A stretch of 64,000 nucleotides of DNA from Bugula neritina (lineage: Eukaryota > Animalia > Bryozoa). Shown here piece after piece: positions 28,699 to 38,707 of the stretch. Position numbers and translations under genes: made by a program. The notes beneath the pieces are model-generated. The model worked only from the letters and a program-made list of their open reading frames with translations. It ran no database searches and had not been told where the DNA came from. How positions within the stretch are numbered: the first letter of the stretch is position 1; every line of letters begins with the position of its first letter. The DNA lies in NCBI GenBank assembly GCA_964035545.1, contig OZ037772.1:124001-188000 (forward strand), in the 5' to 3' direction.

Positions 28699-29178
28699 TC
28701 TGTTGTCCTGTATATTCATAGCCTGTTGTCCTGTATATTCATAGCCTGTTGTCTTGTATATTCATAGCCTGTTGTCCTGTATATTCATAGCCTGTTGTCC
28801 TGTATATTCATAGCCCATTGTCCTGTATATTCATAGCCTGTTGTCCTGTATATTCATAGCCCATTGTCCTGTATATTCATAGCCTGTTGTCCTGTATATT
28901 CATAGCCTGTTGTCCTGTATATTCATAGCCTGTTGTCCTGTATATTCATAGCCCGTTGTCCTGTATATTCATAGCCCGTTGTCCTGTATAATCATAGCCT
29001 GTTGTCCTGTATATTCATAGCCTGTTGTCCTGTATATTCATAGCCTGTTGTCCTGTATATTCATAGCTTGTTGTCCTGTATATTCATAGCCTGTTGTCCT
29101 GTATATTCATAGCCTGTTGTCCTGTATATTCGTAGCCTTTTGTCCTGTATATTCTTAGCCTGTCGTCCTGTATATTCA
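28699..29178. repeat. 23-bp minisatellite (CTGTTGTCCTGTATATTCATAGC)
   Basis: Tandem array starting 4 nt into a VARS intron. Confidence 0.97.
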
Positions 29179-29474
29179 GGTATATGGCTCTGTGTGCTAA
29201 ATCAAGTAAAATGACTCATAGTTACAGATCTCAATGTAATAGAAGTTGTCCTCTCTTGTTCTCCTAAAGAATAGCTCCATTAACATATCCATTATATTTT
29301 ACAATGCTGTTGAGTTGAACTGTTACTATGTGTGTCTGTCTGTTAACAATGACCTCCACACCGTGTTCTCTTGTGTCATAGTCGATCTAAAGATATCATT
29401 GAGCCGATACGCAAACCACAGTGGTATGTGGTGTGTGACGATATGGCAGCCAAGGCTGTAGAGGTACTTCATTA

Positions 29475-29860
29475 TATATTATGTATAGTATATAATATAT
29501 TAGTACTGTATAGTATATAATATATTAGTACTGTGTATAGTATATATATTAGTACTGTATAGTATATAATATATTAGTACTGTGTATAGTATATATATTA
29601 GTACTGTATAGTATGTATATTAGTATTGTATAGTATGTATATTAGTATTGTATAGTATATATATTAGTACTGTATAGTATATATATTAGTACTGTATAGT
29701 ATATATATTAGTACTGTGTATAGTATGTCTATAGCATAGTATATCTATAGCATAGTATATCTATAGTATAGTATATCTATAGTATAGTATATCTATAGCA
29801 TAGTATATCTATAGTATAGTATATCTATAGCATAGTATATCTATAGCATAGTATGTATAC
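29475..29860. repeat. Compound AT-rich minisatellite filling a VARS intron
   Basis: TAGTACTGTATAGTATATA-type units followed by ATAGTATATCTATAGC-type units. Confidence 0.9.
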
Positions 29861-30081
29861 TGCAGGTAGTAGAATCAGGCAAGCTAAAGATAATACCAGA
29901 CTATCACAAAGTCACTTGGTACAAATGGCTGAGGAACCCCAGGGACTGGTGTATCTCCAGACAGCTATGGTGGGGGCACAGAATACCAGCCTACTTTGTG
30001 CAGATCCAGGGGCAACCTAAGGCTGAGGTATGACTCATTCTTCATCTTGTCTTGTGTTATTTATAGAAAGCATTTTATCAA

Positions 30082-30825
30082 GTATATGTTGAGTATGTAT
30101 TGAGTATATATTGAGAATTTATTGAGTAGATATTGAGTATATATTGAGTGTGTATTGAGTATATATTGAGTATGTATTGAGTATTTATTGAGTATATATT
30201 GAGTATGTATTAAGTATATATTGAGTGTATATTGAGTATGTATTAAGTATATATTGAGTATGTATTAAGTATATATTGAGTATATATTGAGTATATATTG
30301 AGTATGTATTGAGTATATATTGAGTATATATTGAGTATATATTGAGTGTATATTGAGTATGTATTAAGTATATATTGAGTATATATTGAGTATGTATTGA
30401 GTATATATTGAGTATGTATTAAGTATATATTGAGTATATATTGAGTATATATTGAGTATGTATTGAGTATATATTGAGTATGTATTAAGTATATACTGAG
30501 TATATGTTGAGTATATATTGAGTATATATTGAGTATATATTGAGTATGTATTGAGTATATATTGAGTATGTATTGAGTATATATTGAGTATATATTGAGT
30601 ATATGTTGAGTATATATTGAGTAGATATTGAGTATGTATTGAGTATGTATTGAGTATTTATTGAGTAGATATTGAGTATATATTGAGTATGTATTGCGTA
30701 TATATTGAGTATGTATTGAGTATGTATTGAGTATGTATTGAGTATATATTGAGTATATATTGAGTATGTATTGAGTATGTATTGAGTATATATTGAGTAT
30801 GTATTGAGTATGTATTGAGTATGTA
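30082..30825. repeat. 11-bp minisatellite (TATATATTGAG)
   Basis: Tandem array. Confidence 0.97.
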
Positions 30826-31255
30826 CACACCTCCAACTTTCTCTTCTCCTTTATAGTAAAGCAGCGAGCTACATTTCTCTAACTACTTATTGATAATTTA
30901 CTTTCTTTTCTTCACGAACTAGACATTTCCTTTGAGTAAATTAACCCCAGTTTCAGTTTGTCAGAGAAGACAACTCTGAACATTGTTCCATTTTTTGCCT
31001 TTTATACAGATGAAACAGTGCTGGACACTTGGTTTAGTTCTGGAATATTTCCTTTCTAGACTATGGGGTGGCCAGATAACACCCCCGACCTGCAAGCCTA
31101 CTACCCGGGTACTCTGCTAGAGACTGGATATTCTCTTCTTCTGGGTGGCCCGCATGGTCATGATGGGACAATTCCTACTCGGGGAGCTTCCCTTCAAAGA
31201 GGTACGTCTGGTGGTAGAAAGTGTCTTCTGCTTCTTCTGATGTCTGTGGTTACCA

Positions 31256-31500
31256 TTCTATATCTATATCCTTTAGATGACTCTATTCAATATACTTATT
31301 CTATATCTATACCCTTTAGATGACTCTATTCAATATACTTATTTTATATCTATATCCTTTAGATGATTCTATTCAATATACTTATTCTATATCTTTACCC
31401 TTTAGATGACTCTATTCAATATACTTATTCTATATCTATATCCTTTAGATGACTCTATTCAATTAACTTATTCTATGTCTATACCCTTTAGATGACTCTG
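31256..31500. repeat. 43-bp minisatellite
   Basis: CCTTTAGATGACTCTATTCAATATACTTATTCTATATCTATA units. Confidence 0.93.
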
Positions 31501-31729
31501 TTTAATTAGCTGATAACTTTATAGTTTTTTTCAATTTAGAGTAACGCTGCTATTATTGGGGAAACAATCTCTTGTATAACCAATGAATGTGAAATGTGCT
31601 GTTTTGACAGTCATGGGACTGAAGATCAAATGCATTCTGTGTCTAAATTGATAAACTCAAACTAAATGGCAAGAGGTTTTAATGGCTGTATGTGTATGCA
31701 AGATTATACATTATAGAAAGAGTATATAA

Positions 31730-32492
31730 ATATTATGTAATATATCTTATATTATGTAATATATCTTATATTATGTAATATATCTTATATTATGTAATAT
31801 ATCTTATATTATGTAATATATCTTATAATATGTAATATATCTTATATCATGTAATATATCTTATATTATGTAATCTATCTTATATTGTGTAATATATTTT
31901 ATATTATGTAATATATCTTATATTATGTAATGTATCTTATATTATGTAATATATCTTATATTATGTAATATATCTTATATTATGTAATATATCTTATATT
32001 ATGTAATATATCTTATATTATGTAATATATCTTATATCATGTAATATATCTTACAATATGTAATATATCTTATATCATGTAATATATCTTATATTATGTA
32101 ATATATCTTATATTATGTAATATATCTTATATTGTGTAATCTATCTTATATTGTGTAATATATTTTATATTATGTAATATATCTTATATTATGTAATATA
32201 TCTTATATTATGTAATATATCTTATATTATGTAATATATCTTATATTATGTAATATATCTTATATTATGTAATATATCTTATATTATGTAATATATCCTA
32301 TATATCCTATATATTATGTAATATATCTTATATTATGTAATATATCTTATATCATGTAATATATCTTATATTGTGTAATATATCTTATATCATGTAATAT
32401 ATCTTATATTATGTAATATATCTTATATTATGTGATATATCTTATATTATGTAATATATCTTATATTATGTAATATAACTTATGTTATGTAA
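31730..32492. repeat. 19-bp minisatellite (TATTATGTAATATATCTTA)
   Basis: Tandem array. Confidence 0.97.
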
Positions 32493-33112
32493 TTATTGCT
32501 GAGACTAGTGTAATTTGATGGTGGCTGGTAGAGCAGTGTTTGCTGGTTGAACTCAGGTGGCCGTGGTTGGTTCTTGTTAAGTATTTAATATGTGATAATG
32601 TTGGAGTAGCTGCAGTAGCAGTATTATTAGAAGTAGACACGTGGGTGTGTTCTATATAAGAGCCACAGGCTAAGTTTGTGGGTCAAGGTCAATACAGTTG
32701 TATAATGAAACACTACTTTCTGTTAGAATATTTACTTCATGTATGTAATACTTATATTATATATCTTCTCTCCTGTATAATCATATTTGCTGAGGGGGTA
32801 AATTTCTATGTTGAGTTTCTCCATGTTGTCATTTATTATGAAGTAAACAGTAGAGCAGCTCAGTGAATTATTCAATACTGACTGGTAGAACTTTATTATC
32901 TTCAACATAATCTGCTTAGTTGCATCTTTAAAGGAAGTCTTTCTGAGTGAGAAATATATTAGAAATTTATTGTATTATCATCGAATATATTTCAGTTACT
33001 ATATTATATTAGAAAGTAGAAACTTGCTTGTAGTGGTGTCAGCTGTTGTGATGTCACTGTAGTCTGTCTGTTTGTCTCAAACTGATTCAATCTGACATTA
33101 TATTTTTTAAAG

Positions 33113-33249
33113 GTGAACTGATGGTAACAATTCCCAGAGAAAGTCTTGGTGTGAGTGGCTTGGTGGAGGACATTGCTGTTTATAACAGAGACACAGTGTT
33201 TCTAGCATGTGGAGATGGTGGTCTGAGGAGATACACAATAAAATACTAA
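33113..33249 (+). pseudogene. Orphan paralogous last exon of a TRIM-NHL-like gene, inverted relative to the two TRIM genes
   Basis: 137-nt exon after an AG acceptor encodes (G)ELMVTIPRESLGVSGLVEDIAVYNRDTVFLACGDGGLRRYTIKY*, the same length as and highly similar to 41318-41454. The upstream intron at ~32690-32750 matches ~41540-41600 in reverse complement. No upstream TRIM exons found. Confidence 0.85.
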
Positions 33250-33374
33250 ACTTATCAGCTACAGTCTACTAATAATTAGCTCAGTGAAGTCACCAATGCA
33301 CACCCATAGTACATGTCAAATATAATATATTGTGTTCTACTCACAGTATAATATTATATATTCCACAGGACTTA

Positions 33375-33704
33375 GCCTAGGGCCACACGGTGCTTATTTT
33401 CGCATGCGAAAATTGAAATCACAAGTAGCAAAGGTGTCCACTGTAGCGTCAGTGATGCGTGATAAATAAAGCTTTCATTTTTAAATCGCACTCGCAATTT
33501 ACTGGAATGTAGCACTAAAATAAAGAAATTGGGCTCGCCTAATAACTACCAGCCAATTAGGTGACTACGACAGAGACGATTTGCACTTGCGTTGAAAATG
33601 CAGAGCGACAAGTGCGAACGTTTTCTCAACGCGCACAGTGGACACCTTTGCTACTTGTGATTTCAATTTTCGCATGCGAAATTACGCACCGTGTGGCCCT
33701 AGGC
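33375..33704. mobile_element. PIF/Harbinger (Tourist-like) MITE
   Basis: ~70-bp TIRs starting GCCTAGGGCCACACGGTGC; TTA TSD on both sides. Confidence 0.9.
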
Positions 33705-34400
33705 TTACACTGCTTATATGCAGTATTTGATGTTGATTAGTAATGATTATGTAACATATTTACTCTGCTATGCTGTCAAGACTCTGTAGTCACATTTACT
33801 CAATAAAGTTTGTTTGTAGAAATTATTTTTTGCTGGTTTATGACTCATCTACTTACTTAGTCATCACAATTTAAATATTATTTACTTTTTCATGTCAATA
33901 ACTCTGTTACTATTACTTCCTTATCAAGTAGTAGCTGTATGTAACTTGTGTGTAAGTTAGTTTACATGATACAGAGTAGATCAACTATTCCACAGATATG
34001 CATTTCATAAGTAATGTATATAAAAAGATTCACTGCAGTAAATTCTTAGCAATTTTCTCCAGCAATAGCTTAACAAAAGCCTCAGAAACTACAAATCTTA
34101 AAGCCATGTTCCAATATGTGAGACTATACAACAAAACTCTACTTTTAACACAATGGCTGGTGTTTTATGTAATGAGTGTGCAAAAGCAAATATACACATT
34201 GTATGAGCTATGTGCCATGGAGGGAAAGCAGACAGTTTTCTATGTAGACAGTAAGTTGGGGGTTAATGGGGTTGACCAGCAGTGAGCAACACCTTGAATG
34301 ACAATAAAGACTGTAGATCAGAGCATATTGATAGGTTATAAACATAGAAATATATCAGAGGTTATGAATGTCAACATATTATTAACATCATAATCACCGG

Positions 34401-34671
34401 TGTTGTGTTGTATAGATAAATACTGCAATGAATTACTACCAACTTTCTTACTGTCACTATACACTTTATTATCTCAAATCTCGAAGCTAACTGACCCACT
34501 TGATAAACAAACAGTATGTCACAACAGTTACATAGCACTTTTAAAACCACAACATAATTACTTTGACAGCATAATTGTATAGCTATAACATTCCACAATA
34601 TAAGGCTACTAGCAGGTATAAGTCATGGGATAATATATACATAGCTTTAGTAAACAGATACAAACATTACA
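34401..34671 (-). repeat. 3' LTR
   Basis: Direct repeat of 38437-38707; preceded on the minus strand by the polypurine tract AAGGGGAAA (34672-34680). Confidence 0.95.
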
Positions 34672-34707
34672 TTTCCCCTTGATCTCAAGATCATAATTGG
34701 TTTACAG

Positions 34708-37700
34708 TTAATTAATATAAAAGTCTGCCATCCACTGAGGTGGTCTCCTGTCTCTTGTTATACGGCTTCCTTCTTCCTGGTTGGCCTCATCCACAACTTC
34801 AGGATTGCCAATTCCCCAACTGCAAGTTTCACTGCCATCTAAATCACTGTTATTGCCATCACTTTCATCAGATACCTCCTCATTAATACCAAGACCAGCA
34901 TCACCACACAGTTCAATATCAACTTCAGTGCACAAATGACTGATAGCATCATTTTGATCACCTTCATTTTGTCGTGCAAGCCTCACATCAGCAACATGGC
35001 GGTTTACTCCATCTATTTCTACAACTTTGTCAGATATTAGCTTTGTGACAGTGCCTTGCTTCCATTTTGTATCACATCTAACCTTCCCCGGCTTAACAAA
35101 AACATTATCTCCTACTTTGTAGGAATTAGTCCCTGTCTGTTTAGCAGGGAAATCTCTTTCTAATTCCTTTTCTACAGGCTCCCTTGGCAACCTCGGATGA
35201 TAAGCATGAATAGCAGCAGCAGGTATGATACCAACAGAGTTAGGTGTATTGTTGTACCAAAACACCATGCATTCAGGGGTTTTTCCAGTTCTCGCCACCA
35301 TCCTTTTTATTGTTCTATGGTTTCTCTCCACTATTCCATTTCCAGAGTGCTTGTATGCACAACAAAATATCAGTGAAACACCCCAGTCTTCTAACAAGTT
35401 CTTGGTTTTACTGCTCTTAAAGCACGGTCCATAGTCACAAATCAGCTCTTGGGGAGGACCTCTCTCAAGAAAAATTCTGCACAAATGCTTGAGTGCTTGG
35501 TCTGCAGTCTCATTGCTCATAGCAACCCAAATTGCAAATCTACTCGGTCCACAGTCCACTACTGTAAGATATGGTTTACCAGAAACGAATGCTACGTCAA
35601 CTGCAACTCTCTGCCAGTTTTCCTCCACATCTAAACTTCCATGTTTCCACGCTATTGGAGCAGGATCTATTTGTTTGCACATTTGGCAAGATTTCACAAT
35701 TTCTGATACAACTCTTCTATCCACTGGTATCTTCATCCTACTTACAACATGCATTGTCCGATCTACACCTAAGTGATGCCTGTTGTGAAGCTCAATAACT
35801 TTTCTACCATGCTTTGTCATCCCTAGCGCAACAACTTTTGAATCAGGCTTATTCTTTTGAACTTTCTGTAGCCACCTTTTGGGAACACGAGTTAGAATAT
35901 CAGACAGGTTCTTTTCTGATGGAACCAGCTTGATAGACAGCATAAGTCCATATTCGTCAATTAGTTGATTAACAATCTCTAGTCTTCTTTTAACAACCAT
36001 CTCGCTCAACCCACTGACCTTGGGTCTTTTTGTGTTCTCTAAAATAGACCGAAGCCAACTATAAACAGTTGCAGAGTCTGTGACCAACACTAACTTCTTA
36101 ATTTTCCACCTCAGGGCAAGATTTAGTCCTTTTATAGTTGCTTCCAGCTCTGCTACATTGATGTGAGCATCATCCTTTCTAAGCCATGCACAATCTTCCA
36201 CCACATGACCATCTATTTGCAAACAACATCCCATTGACAAGCTACTTGCATCACACCACATAATGCCAGGCTTGTCTTTATCAACTTCCCAAATGCCTCT
36301 CACTGGGTCTTCTTTAGTGACTTTTTCCATTATTTCTTCAATGATGTCTTGTGAATAGCTCGGAATGCGTTCTTCCCAGGCAACATCATTGGCGCTTCTT
36401 TTGACAAAACTACATGACGTTCTCAACCACCCAGCCACAGGGTAATGTCCAACCAACTTGCCACAGAGTGAGAAAAGTTCTCTTTTGGTCATGTTTTCCT
36501 GCAGCATAGGAAGTTTGCCATCTCTACACCATGCAAAGTTTCCATTGCCTACATCTCTCACTCTCAATCCTAACACTCGAGCATCATTAAGGGGTTCTGG
36601 CTCCTTAGTCACTAACCCATACATTAACAGCAGCTGTCTCACTTTATCTACCCCTACTAAACTCTTGTTGACCCAGATATCATCTATGTAATGGTCAGTT
36701 CCTTGCTTGACCTCACTATCTTGTGCCAGTACTGTGCTAATTATCCTTGACATTATTTTTGGAGCAACACTTAATCCAAATCCCATTCGAGTCATCACAT
36801 ACAAATTACCTTTATACTTTACAGTTTGAAATTTCTGTAAGCTCCTACTCACATGAATTTGCAGATATGCCTTTTTTAAGTCTAAAAGACAGGCTTCAGT
36901 CCCTTGCTTTCTCCACTCACGCACCTTTTCTTGGCAAATCGCAGTGTCCTGTCCTGGCATACTCTCAACATGGCTATTGAGCTCTCGATAATCCATAACA
37001 GGTCGAACCTTTTTGGGTTTGTTTGGCTGACTTGCAGCCATCAATGGAATTACACCATCAACTTTGCCATGTTTCTGAACGTTATACGGCTCCAACCACC
37101 CATCTGCTACCCACTGATCTAATTCTGCTTCATACTCGTTTATATGCTCTGGTGGCACTGCATACTGTGCACACTGGTTGCTTAACTGTGGCTCTCCTAT
37201 CTGCCACTTCCACTCAACAGTCCACCTCTGCCCATCAAAGACAGCTATAAAATCTGTATCCTCAATTCTTAATTTTGAAGTTGTTGGTGATATAGGTGCG
37301 GCTAATGCACACATCTTAGAGTGCCAAGAAACTTTACCATCTTTGTCAAATGTTACTCCCCCCAACTTCTTAATAATGTCAAACCCTAAAATTACATCTG
37401 CACCACACACCAGACTTGGTGCAACTAAACAGCGGTTTCTTACCACTACCCCATCAACCACTAACTCTACTACCACCTCGCCACCACACACTGTTGTCTC
37501 TCCATTTAGCATTGTCACTACATGTTGAGGCCCGCGCAGCCACCCTCTGATTTCTTTACACAACTTTTCACTGATTACTGTTTGTTGACAGCCTGAATCC
37601 ACTAATGTTTTTATACGACGAGTACATCCTGAATTATTTGTGTATACATATATGAAGGGTAGCACCTCATTAGCTACTGCAGCCTTGGGGAAACACCCGG

Positions 37701-37743
37701 TGCTGATGGTTCCCCTTGCCCGTTTCCCAGCTTTTCTGGGCAA
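34708..37743 (-). CDS. pol: Pol (protease, RT, RNase H, integrase), -1 frame relative to gag
   Basis: LVDSGC protease; LDLKKAYLQI and YIDD RT; CDASS / AELEA / TDS RNase H; H..HH...CQMC zinc finger and D,D(35)E integrase. Uninterrupted 1011-codon frame. Confidence 0.95.
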   Translation of the reverse strand: MPRKAGKRARGTISTGCFPKAAVANEVLPFIYVYTNNSGCTRRIKTLVDSGCQQTVISEKLCKEIRGWLRGPQHVVTMLNGETTVCGGEVVVELVVDGVVVRNRCLVAPSLVCGADVILGFDIIKKLGGVTFDKDGKVSWHSKMCALAAPISPTTSKLRIEDTDFIAVFDGQRWTVEWKWQIGEPQLSNQCAQYAVPPEHINEYEAELDQWVADGWLEPYNVQKHGKVDGVIPLMAASQPNKPKKVRPVMDYRELNSHVESMPGQDTAICQEKVREWRKQGTEACLLDLKKAYLQIHVSRSLQKFQTVKYKGNLYVMTRMGFGLSVAPKIMSRIISTVLAQDSEVKQGTDHYIDDIWVNKSLVGVDKVRQLLLMYGLVTKEPEPLNDARVLGLRVRDVGNGNFAWCRDGKLPMLQENMTKRELFSLCGKLVGHYPVAGWLRTSCSFVKRSANDVAWEERIPSYSQDIIEEIMEKVTKEDPVRGIWEVDKDKPGIMWCDASSLSMGCCLQIDGHVVEDCAWLRKDDAHINVAELEATIKGLNLALRWKIKKLVLVTDSATVYSWLRSILENTKRPKVSGLSEMVVKRRLEIVNQLIDEYGLMLSIKLVPSEKNLSDILTRVPKRWLQKVQKNKPDSKVVALGMTKHGRKVIELHNRHHLGVDRTMHVVSRMKIPVDRRVVSEIVKSCQMCKQIDPAPIAWKHGSLDVEENWQRVAVDVAFVSGKPYLTVVDCGPSRFAIWVAMSNETADQALKHLCRIFLERGPPQELICDYGPCFKSSKTKNLLEDWGVSLIFCCAYKHSGNGIVERNHRTIKRMVARTGKTPECMVFWYNNTPNSVGIIPAAAIHAYHPRLPREPVEKELERDFPAKQTGTNSYKVGDNVFVKPGKVRCDTKWKQGTVTKLISDKVVEIDGVNRHVADVRLARQNEGDQNDAISHLCTEVDIELCGDAGLGINEEVSDESDGNNSDLDGSETCSWGIGNPEVVDEANQEEGSRITRDRRPPQWMADFYIN

Positions 37744-38408
37744 TTTCTTGCTATATGTGATGTTTGATCACAAATAAAACATCTCCTGACATATCTTGGC
37801 TGATAATTTCTACGGGTTGACTTGGGACATTCACGAGCCATATGTGAAGTTGAGCCACAACTGAAGCAAGCTCCCTTTGCCTTTTGGTAGCCAGCTGCAC
37901 ACGCCATCTCACTTTCTCTTGTACTCAGCATTATTCTTGCTCTAGCCACCAGTTCGGGCAAACTCAATTTCTCTACAGAAGCCATGGACTTTAACTGCAA
38001 GGACACATCACCTGGCAACCCTGCCATGAAAGCGCATTTTGAAATTGGCTCTGCATCCTTCTGTCCAATATGTGCCACTAACCTTTTTATGTCTGCTAAG
38101 TAGACATCAACTGGCTCTCCATCACGCAGCACACGCTTCTGTAGCTCATCGTATGCAGTATAGCAGTTTATTCCAAAAGCTGTTAGTAGTGCAGCTTTGA
38201 GCTTCCCATACTCCTCTTTGTCACTTTCTGGTAGCTGCTTATATACTGCAAACGCTGGACCAGCCAGGAACAGGGGCAAAAATGATTCTAGATCAGTTAT
38301 TTTCTGCAGCTTTGCCACCAGCTCTAATTTATCAAGCCACTCACTGAATTCTCCACTGTTGCTGTCTTCATATTTACTTATTATGTCCGAGAGCTTGACT
38401 GATGCCAT
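37674..38408 (-). CDS. gag: Gag, 244 aa, two CCHC zinc knuckles
   Basis: CFSCGSTSHMAREC and CFICDQTSHIARNC; the ATG lies 28 nt after the 5' LTR. Confidence 0.92.
   Translation of the reverse strand: MASVKLSDIISKYEDSNSGEFSEWLDKLELVAKLQKITDLESFLPLFLAGPAFAVYKQLPESDKEEYGKLKAALLTAFGINCYTAYDELQKRVLRDGEPVDVYLADIKRLVAHIGQKDAEPISKCAFMAGLPGDVSLQLKSMASVEKLSLPELVARARIMLSTRESEMACAAGYQKAKGACFSCGSTSHMARECPKSTRRNYQPRYVRRCFICDQTSHIARNCPEKLGNGQGEPSAPGVSPRLQ
37679..37728 (-). promoter_or_regulatory. -1 ribosomal frameshift signal
   Basis: G GGA AAC heptamer in the gag frame (37722-37728), 6-nt spacer, GGGGAAC/GTTTCCC stem with loop CAGC able to pair with downstream GCTG. Confidence 0.75.
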
Positions 38409-38424
38409 TGTAATATTGTAATAT

Positions 38425-38436
38425 GCCGAAATAGCT
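38425..38436 (-). promoter_or_regulatory. Putative primer-binding site complementary to the 5' end of tRNA-Phe(GAA)
   Basis: The plus strand reads GCCGAAATAGCT directly abutting the LTR; this equals nt 1-12 of the conserved eukaryotic tRNA-Phe(GAA). No TGG-type PBS is present. Confidence 0.75.
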
Positions 38437-38707
38437 TGTTGTGTTGTATAGATAAATACTGCAATGAATTACTACCAACTTTCTTACTGTCACTATACAC
38501 TTTATTATCTCAAATCTCGAAGCTAACTGACCCACTTGATAAACAAACAGTATGTCACAACAGTTACATAGCACTTTTAAAACCACAACATAATTACTTT
38601 GACAGCATAATTGTATAGCTATAACATTCCACAATATAAGGCTACTAGCAGGTATAAGTCATGGGATAATATATACATAGCTTTAGTAAACAGATACAAA
38701 CATTACA
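38437..38707 (-). repeat. 5' LTR
   Basis: Direct repeat of 34401-34671; contains AATAAA on the minus strand. Confidence 0.95.

Larger units (their letters stand above)
24399..31201 (+). pseudogene. VARS1: Cytosolic valyl-tRNA synthetase, unprocessed truncated pseudogene. Exons 24399-24551, 24932-25004, 25969-26076, 26228-26354, 26721-26885, 27162-27243, 27415-27534, 27839-27992, 28560-28694, 29382-29463, 29866-30027, 31010-31201
   Basis: [13 protein letters not shown] (HIGH), [60 protein letters not shown]. In-frame TAG at 24465 and 31057, frameshift at ~31127, phase breaks where exons are missing, no KMSKS or anticodon-binding exons. Confidence 0.92.
34401..38707 (-). mobile_element. Full-length Ty3/Gypsy LTR retrotransposon, 4307 bp
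   Basis: Two 271-bp TG...CA LTRs, identical by eye. TSD ACCGG at 34396-34400 and 38708-38712. gag plus pol in PR-RT-RH-IN order; PPT next to the 3' LTR. Confidence 0.97.

Noticed and set aside
24465-31059. TAG reassignment or readthrough (premature stops in VARS and collagen A are all TAG)
   Set aside because: The positions correspond to different expected residues (Lys, Ser, Tyr), frameshifts and exon losses co-occur, and TAG terminates gag and collagen normally.
12623-33810. Helitron capture of the collagen, VARS and TRIM fragments
   Set aside because: No RepHel remnants or convincing TC / hairpin-CTRR termini found, and the fragments lie in opposite orientations.
35225-37528. Plus-strand ORFs antisense to pol
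   Set aside because: Short shadow ORFs without recognisable motifs.
38611-38625. Tf1-style self-priming via ATAGCT in the LTR
   Set aside because: Only 6 nt of complementarity, against 12 nt for tRNA-Phe.
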